NCBI GenBank assembly: GCA_965198175.1
Contig: OZ240245.1
Span: 3,872,001 to 3,936,000 of the forward strand
Direction of reading: 5' to 3'
Length of the DNA: 64,000 bases
Source of the DNA: Candidatus Poribacteria bacterium
GTDB lineage: Bacteria; Poribacteria; WGA-4E; PCPOR2b
Shown here one piece after another: positions 58,901 to 64,000 of this stretch. The position numbers were made by a program, and so were the translations under genes. Within the stretch, counting starts at the first letter, position 1, and every line of letters starts with the position of its first letter. Below the pieces are notes generated by a model. That model was not told the origin of the DNA. It saw only the letters and a list, made by a program, of their open reading frames with translations, and searched no databases.

Positions 58901-60413
58901 TGAACCGCTGTTGGTCCGACGGCGTGAGCGAACGAAACAGACCCTCCGTCTTGTCGGTTTCAAACTCAAAACTCAAGCGGGTGTATGTGCCGTAGAGGCG
59001 TATATAATTCTGCAGTCCCTCAATCGCATTCTGCATCACCCCAATGCGACGGTTGGCTTGCGCCGCCGATTTCAGTGGGAACAGGCTGAGGATCCGACCG
59101 CTCACGGCAAGCATGAGATATTTAAGACGAAGTTGACGTTGAAATTTCTCAAGGCTTGGATATTTCCAGACAGGGACCGCAATCGGCTTCCCTTTATCTA
59201 ACAAGGGCGACTGGGCGAAGTAATCGTGGGTTGCCGTTACGATACCGTGGAAGGACAATGGATTCCGCGATCCCGTTGCCACATGATAGACCTCGATCCC
59301 GCGTTTGCGGTATGTCTGAAAAGTTATCGCCAAGATGGCATTGACAACGAGATCAACGGGGATAATGTCGGTAATGGCTTCTGGTTTGCCGGGAAAATCC
59401 AGGAGCCGCCCCTTGGCGAAACCGATGATGATCGGATCCGCCATGCGGAAACCGTCAAGCCAACCGGGTTCCGGCTCCTCAAGGCTACTTTCGATAATTG
59501 AGGGACGAACAATCGCCGTCGGCAAATCACCTTTTACCTTGTCAATCATCTGTTCACCGAGGGATTTGGTGTAGGTGTAGGTATCGTTCCAGCCACGCGA
59601 CTTTGCCCGTTTTAGACCTTCCTCTACCAAACGCGCTTCGATCCACTTGTTCCGAACCGTTTCGATCTGTCCGTCGAGTTTCTGGCTGTTCCTTTTCCCG
59701 CCCCCCAACTGACGTTGGGCTTCGCGACGGAATTGAACGGTCCGCGAGGAATGGTGCGCTTCAGCACGCACCCCTTCGCTAAGTTGTAAAATGTCCTCAA
59801 TGTCCGCTTCAAGGGTGCTGGGAATCGTCTCACCGGTTTCTACACGATGTCTCTCGGCGTAAGTTTCATACGTCGGATGCAACGCTTCAACGACTTTTCC
59901 CGGCCGCATGCCGCAGACGTAAGCCGTCGATAAATGGATTAACACGGCATCGTTGCAGCGCTTTGCGAACTCAACGGCGTATTTCGCCCCGAGGGTGTTG
60001 CTCCGCAAAGACGCATCAATGGATGGGTCAAATTTGACAAGCCCGCCACTATTGATGAAAATCCTCACTTCGCTCTTTAGGCGCTCATAATCGCTATCGG
60101 ACAGACCGAGCCGTTCTTCTGCGAGGTCACCGTCTACAGCGCAAACTTTTTCACGGATCCATCCATCAAACCCAGTCCCGTGAATTTGCCTTAATTTTGC
60201 GAAGACGCTGGAAGTGAAAATTTCTTCTTCCAACCGATCTGCGGCAGTACGAACTTTACCGTTGGGCTCAGTGCGACTGCGGATTAGCAGGTAAATCTTT
60301 TTGATATCAGGGAGATCCGTAAGAATTTTGGCGACCAACGGTTTGCCGAGGAATCCAGTGGCTCCGATGATCAATATAACTTTATCGCGGAAAAATTCGG
60401 GAATTGTATTCAT
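55962..60413 (-). CDS. Multidomain fatty acyl reductase / acyl-AMP ligase / ACP / acyltransferase (ElbD-like ether-lipid enzyme)
   Basis: GATGFLGK, YTYTK and RPSII (FAR); FTAGTT..AKG, YGLTET, TGDLG and GRLKD (adenylation); LGLDSL (ACP Ser); NHSSHLD and YPEGTRS (PlsC). Confidence 0.88.
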   Translation of the reverse strand: MNTIPEFFRDKVILIIGATGFLGKPLVAKILTDLPDIKKIYLLIRSRTEPNGKVRTAADRLEEEIFTSSVFAKLRQIHGTGFDGWIREKVCAVDGDLAEERLGLSDSDYERLKSEVRIFINSGGLVKFDPSIDASLRSNTLGAKYAVEFAKRCNDAVLIHLSTAYVCGMRPGKVVEALHPTYETYAERHRVETGETIPSTLEADIEDILQLSEGVRAEAHHSSRTVQFRREAQRQLGGGKRNSQKLDGQIETVRNKWIEARLVEEGLKRAKSRGWNDTYTYTKSLGEQMIDKVKGDLPTAIVRPSIIESSLEEPEPGWLDGFRMADPIIIGFAKGRLLDFPGKPEAITDIIPVDLVVNAILAITFQTYRKRGIEVYHVATGSRNPLSFHGIVTATHDYFAQSPLLDKGKPIAVPVWKYPSLEKFQRQLRLKYLMLAVSGRILSLFPLKSAAQANRRIGVMQNAIEGLQNYIRLYGTYTRLSFEFETDKTEGLFRSLTPSDQQRFNFDVSRFDWRHYLQEVHIPGIKRHILKLERDERQKPVPERSEEGNGSRVDDASDNSQFPYRTIPDLIADRANAYPNKTALQMKTGDTWARYSYRQLYDFSRRIACSLWNRGYRTGDRLILFAENQPEWGIAYLGATQIGITVVPVDRQTPEREMFALAKFTGAKAILTSETIASHLHRVLLQSADETPSVALLNINRLCQPFEFEYTTESQSPSIEGSDPIDNLPEITDDFPDVDIQPDTIASIIFTAGTTVEAKGVMLSHKNFIANVLAVAQALPPRDTDQFLSILPLHHALEFTCCFLMSIYGGATATYPNTLKPTVVLETMQETKTTVVIGVPRMFKLIYDTIMRYVVKSLADADSPADVATVEAFRAALGGNMRVLVSGGAALSNEIYDEFQRFGLTIYQGYGLTETAPVLTVNPHHKSKRASVGVPVRGTQVQIHRPNPDGIGEIIAQGPSLMAGYYRNPGATGQMMREGTLYTGDLGYIDADGYLYITGRLKDVIVSSAGKNIYPVELEELYRHSPDIAEICVVGVNIGDSHGEEVHAVILPNRRGKPNLAEVEVAIRQHLQTCARNLPSYQHLHKVHFWESELPKLPTFEIHRRRVKEMLLEQLSGKTEDDTPTAESVTAASHEAPSSTQPDWISEGWEGAIAAELSRLSRLPLEGIRMEDHLDSDLGLDSLGRVELLLLLEAKLQLPIPDEMVTQIRTVGDVIQTVKTLQAQPVLHNVESATAIAARAERPSYAEIGPPHLSIKTRLLRFGMRIAYKGYFSIKTYGKAHIPREQPCIFVANHSSHLDTGAVVTALGKAARGIKILAARDYFFNTRFKAWFFGKLFKFLPFERKDNFSQFLRDVQTSHETMLENRCLLIYPEGTRSVTGELQPFKAGLGLLAYETGAPIVPTYIHGTYQALPKGKHLPRRKPIKVVFGEPMTLHSSQGGATINHEVYRAFVDEVRGRIEELRANMHNTLGSPRAAQNISNWS

Positions 60414-60523
60414 TTCACTTTAGTGTTTTTAAAAAATGATAGTCAATCGACCAACGTCACGGAAAGGAGAGGCGCGTCGCAGAACGGACGAGTGACGTTT
60501 GGTGAGTTAAACGCGATACTTCT

Positions 60524-60553
60524 AGTATAAAGGAAAATGTGGGTTTATGTCAA
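60524..60553 (-). promoter_or_regulatory. Sigma70 promoter of the ElbD-like operon
   Basis: Minus strand TTGACA-N18-TATACT. Confidence 0.6.
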
Positions 60554-61052
60554 TGCAAAACCCAATCGTCAGAGACATCCTAATGAAAAAACTGAGGATC
60601 TCGACGAAAACGCAAATCGGCAATTTCGAACGCCAAACACACAGCTGTCGACACCTTCACTTAGGACTAACAGAAAAAACGTTGGGTTTCGCTACGTCAT
60701 AACAAGATAACAAGGTTCAATCAGAATCTGACCCTGAACTGATTCGCCCAATGTTGTATGTTTCGCGGACCGTGTTCCACCCGGCCTACGATAAACTTGA
60801 TTCATCTATATGCCGGTGTTGGTGGAGGGTAGAATCTCTATTGTCATGGATTTACAAGGTAAATATTATCGCGGTTACTATCCGTTTCCTTGATCCTTCA
60901 CTATTCGGTCAGTTGATCGCTCAACCCAACCTACACTGAACTCGACCAAAACGTAAGGGGAACAAAGACGCCGAGCCAAGCGTGTACCCCCTTGCTAAGG
61001 TAGAGAACCTTTTTGATTTCAGCATTGCGAAAGAGAAAGGCAGGACCTGAAA

Positions 61053-61091
61053 ATTATAGCATAGAAACGCGTGACGATCCTATGCTATAAT
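61053..61091. promoter_or_regulatory. Palindromic back-to-back extended -10 elements upstream of folB
   Basis: ATTATAGCATAG-N15-CTATGCTATAAT, the same arms as 4331-4368. Confidence 0.6.
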
Positions 61092-61171
61092 AGCTATCTT
61101 GATTGCCTTGAAGTTATGGAAACGGGCAAGAATCCCTTGAAAGGTTGAAAATCTTTCATAGATTGGGAACA

Positions 61172-61540
61172 ATGGGTAGAATTATTCTCAAGGGTCTTCG
61201 ATTTCACGGATATCACGGCGTTTCGGAATCGGAGCGTAAAGTTGGGCAGAAGTATGAGATTGATGCAGAATTGGCCTGCGATCTCTCCTTGGCAGGAGTG
61301 ACCGATGAACTTGCCCACACAATTGACTATGGACAGGTTGCTAATCTGATAGTTGAAATTGGCACGCAGCAGTCGTTTCAACTTATTGAGACGCTCGCCG
61401 AAACAGTTGCGTCAGCGATTTTGGAGCAGTTTCCTGTTTATGAAGTCCGGATTGACGTTAAAAAGCTATCTCCTCCAATTGACCATCAACTCATCTATGC
61501 TGGCGTCAAGATTCGGCGAACGAGCAACTCTCAAGCGTGA
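61172..61540 (+). CDS. folB: Dihydroneopterin aldolase
   Basis: GLRFHGYHGV...ER..GQ, TIDY, FQLIETLAE, VKK..PP. Confidence 0.93.
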   Translation: MGRIILKGLRFHGYHGVSESERKVGQKYEIDAELACDLSLAGVTDELAHTIDYGQVANLIVEIGTQQSFQLIETLAETVASAILEQFPVYEVRIDVKKLSPPIDHQLIYAGVKIRRTSNSQA

Positions 61541-61843
61541 AAAAGGTGGGGAAGTAACATACCGCTCCGCTGGAGCGAACCCTCCTAACCACATTAGTCC
61601 GCAAAGGTAACAATGTCTTGTACTCCATCGGAGCGGAATGTGGATATTTGTAGTAAATGGCAATGGGATCGCCATTTGCGGAGCCATCTAAAAGAAACTG
61701 AACGAATTGTCCCGAACCGGGTTAGCGTATGCTAAGAGAATCTATGAAAAACTGCTTGAAAAACTTATATCGATCAAGTATTATTTTGGGATTCAGATTA
61801 CATTGACGGAAGTCGACAAGATATCGTTAGGAGAATTTACGCT

Positions 61844-63844
61844 ATGATTGTTTTTCTGAGGGAAAAATTTATTGCACAGATATTCATGTGGGTTATCGCG
61901 GTTGTTTTTGTAATTGGTTCTCTTTTGCTGTATAGCTCGATGTCAGGGAACTCGAGTTCGGGACCTGGAGAGGGCGACGTTGTCCTCCAGATTAACGGAG
62001 AGAAAGTGCGGCGCGGCGAATTTGAACGGCTCGTCAGCAACCAACTAGAGAGACAACAACAGCAGAATCAAGGTGGTTTAACGATTGAACGCGAGGACAT
62101 CGAACAGCAGGTGATTGATCAGATTATTCAAGAGCAGATTTATTTGAATAGCGTTCAGATTAGCGACACTGAAATTGAGGCCAGTCTTCGCGGCGATTAT
62201 TCTCAGTTTCTGGCTGCATACAATGCGTCCAACGCGCAACAGCGGAATTTCATCCGCCAATTTGTCCGTTTACAATTAAGCTATGAAACACTACGCAGCC
62301 AGTTAGAGGGACTAGACCTCATCACGGATATAGAGATTGAGAATGAGTATCGTCTCCAGAATGATAAGGCGAAGTTGAAGTACATCCAATTTCAACATAC
62401 GGAATATACCATCGCCATCGAAGTGGAAGATGCCGAAGTTGCCACCTATTTTGAAGGACACAAAGAGAAGTATAAAATCGACGATCGGATTAATTTACGG
62501 GTCATCAAACTCGATCCAAAGGACTTTGTCACAGACGAATCAGTACAAGCGTACTACAATGAACGTAAAGGTGAGTTTACAACCCCTGAGGCGGTTAAAG
62601 CGCGCCATATTCTCGTGAAATTTCCGGATGGTGCATCGGATGAACAGAAGGCTGAAATCAAGACCCAAGCGGAAGAACTCCTTGAAAAAGTGAAGACTGA
62701 AATCGCGGCGGGGGCGGATTTTACCGACCTCGCGAAAACGCATTCCGAAGACATCGGTTCCGCTCAATCGGGAGGTGCGTTGAGAGGACGTCACCCGAAA
62801 CTGCCACCGGGCGATTATTTTGCCCGTGGTGATATGGTCGCACCCTTTGAAAAAGCGTGTTTTGATGAATTACAGCCCGGTGAGGTAAGCGACCTTGTTG
62901 AGTCGCAATTCGGTTACCACATCATCAAATTGGAAGAGAGAAGACCGGAGGAGATTCAGACTTTCGATCTCGCCAAGCGACAAATCAGGGAAAAGTTAAT
63001 CCAGATTGATGGTATTGACGAAGCGAAGACAGTGGCGGAAAATCTGCTCTTCGACGTTGAATTTCAGGATTTTGAAGCGGCGGTCAAGGGAGAAAGAACT
63101 ACAGATCTGTCGATTTCTGTGGAAGACACGGGACTGTTTTCTCAAGATGCGACCAATATCCCGAAAATTGGGTCCAAATGGACGTATCGCGGTTTTATTG
63201 ATAAGGTGTTCAACATGGAAGTGGAGGTAAGCGATATCGTCGAAGCCAAGAAAGCGAATGGTGACATCGAAGCCTATTTTGTCGCGAGGGTGCTTGAGAA
63301 AAAGGTTGGCGGCATCCCCGCGCTTGATGACACTTGGACTGCAATTCCGAAGCGTACTGTCAAGGAACAGGTAGTTGAAGACATCAAAAAAGAGAGAGCC
63401 AAACAGATGGCGATGGAGGATGCACAAAGATTTTTCAGTTTCCGCGATGGCGATGAGTCGCTCGAAGAACTACTAAAGAAGTATGAGGCACCGGAAGGGG
63501 TAGCCAAGAAAGAAAGATCGGTTAAAGAAAGTCACTTGTTCGCCATCTCTCCAACTAGCGATTATGTTTCAGGGCTAGGGACATCGCGTGAGGTTATGTT
63601 TGCGGCTTTTAATATGGAAACTGATGCGGTTGGCGGACCCTTTGAAGGCAATGACGGCGTTTACCTCATCCAACTTGTAGAGCGTCAGGAACCGGACATG
63701 GAAAAATTTGAAAATAACCCTGCTGAGAGGACCAATATCCGCCGGTCACTACTACAGTCGAAGAAAAGCCAGCTTTTCAGCAACTGGTACAATACGGTGA
63801 AAAAACAGGCGCAGATAACGGATAAGCGTTCTGAATCAGGCTAA
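61844..63844 (+). CDS. PpiD/SurA-like membrane-anchored parvulin peptidyl-prolyl isomerase
   Basis: N-terminal TM helix, SurA-N-like helices, rotamase ARHIL...F.DLAK.HSED.GS...GG.L...MV.PFE...SQFGYHII. Confidence 0.88.
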   Translation: MIVFLREKFIAQIFMWVIAVVFVIGSLLLYSSMSGNSSSGPGEGDVVLQINGEKVRRGEFERLVSNQLERQQQQNQGGLTIEREDIEQQVIDQIIQEQIYLNSVQISDTEIEASLRGDYSQFLAAYNASNAQQRNFIRQFVRLQLSYETLRSQLEGLDLITDIEIENEYRLQNDKAKLKYIQFQHTEYTIAIEVEDAEVATYFEGHKEKYKIDDRINLRVIKLDPKDFVTDESVQAYYNERKGEFTTPEAVKARHILVKFPDGASDEQKAEIKTQAEELLEKVKTEIAAGADFTDLAKTHSEDIGSAQSGGALRGRHPKLPPGDYFARGDMVAPFEKACFDELQPGEVSDLVESQFGYHIIKLEERRPEEIQTFDLAKRQIREKLIQIDGIDEAKTVAENLLFDVEFQDFEAAVKGERTTDLSISVEDTGLFSQDATNIPKIGSKWTYRGFIDKVFNMEVEVSDIVEAKKANGDIEAYFVARVLEKKVGGIPALDDTWTAIPKRTVKEQVVEDIKKERAKQMAMEDAQRFFSFRDGDESLEELLKKYEAPEGVAKKERSVKESHLFAISPTSDYVSGLGTSREVMFAAFNMETDAVGGPFEGNDGVYLIQLVERQEPDMEKFENNPAERTNIRRSLLQSKKSQLFSNWYNTVKKQAQITDKRSESG

Positions 63845-64000
63845 CGCCTCTAGTCGGTTAGGGCTTGATAATTGATTTATCCGAAAGAAGATTGAGAACT
63901 TTGAAATGTCCGCCGCTTCAACGAGTAAACATTTCTTCATGAGTCGCTCCTTCACAGCGCCCGGTGGTTTCACTGCGGGCATTGAGGGACCCGCCTGCGA

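Noticed and set aside
63840..64000. Possible minus-strand ORF end at the window edge
   Set aside because: Too short and without recognisable motifs.

Overview
Bacterial chromosomal window. The gene content suggests Candidatus Poribacteria or a similar sponge-associated lineage (inference): six phytanoyl-CoA dioxygenase paralogues, WD40/TolB/TPR/ankyrin repeat proteins, and a recurrent C-terminal VxPxxKxxxT(W/L)Gx(L/V)K motif. The first 25 kb holds metabolic and envelope genes: a divergent enolase, an Ldh_2 dehydrogenase, the PhyH cluster, ECF A/T genes split by argC, a B12 radical SAM enzyme, a BamA-like protein and an ankyrin-containing acyltransferase. It also contains a promoter-backed ~160-nt structured RNA candidate at 19841-20003. 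About 25.3-53.8 kb is a co-oriented minus-strand defence island with no integrase: a PLD-SNF2 helicase, a repeat-punctuated FRG+TPR array, a putative nuclease, an Eco57I-like N6-adenine methyltransferase, AAA_21, ParA-like and Schlafen/AlbA_2 genes, mazEF, and a four-gene Druantia-like operon. That operon lacks a recognisable DruA or DruM and includes a coiled-coil protein with a degenerate McrB-like AAA domain. About 55-60.4 kb encodes an ElbD-like reductase-adenylation-ACP-acyltransferase protein (ether-lipid type) with a HAD phosphatase; folB and a PpiD/SurA-like foldase follow. REP-like palindromes are abundant. No rRNA, tRNA, CRISPR array, reverse transcriptase or transposase was seen. 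All calls come from reading motifs by eye; no searches were run.
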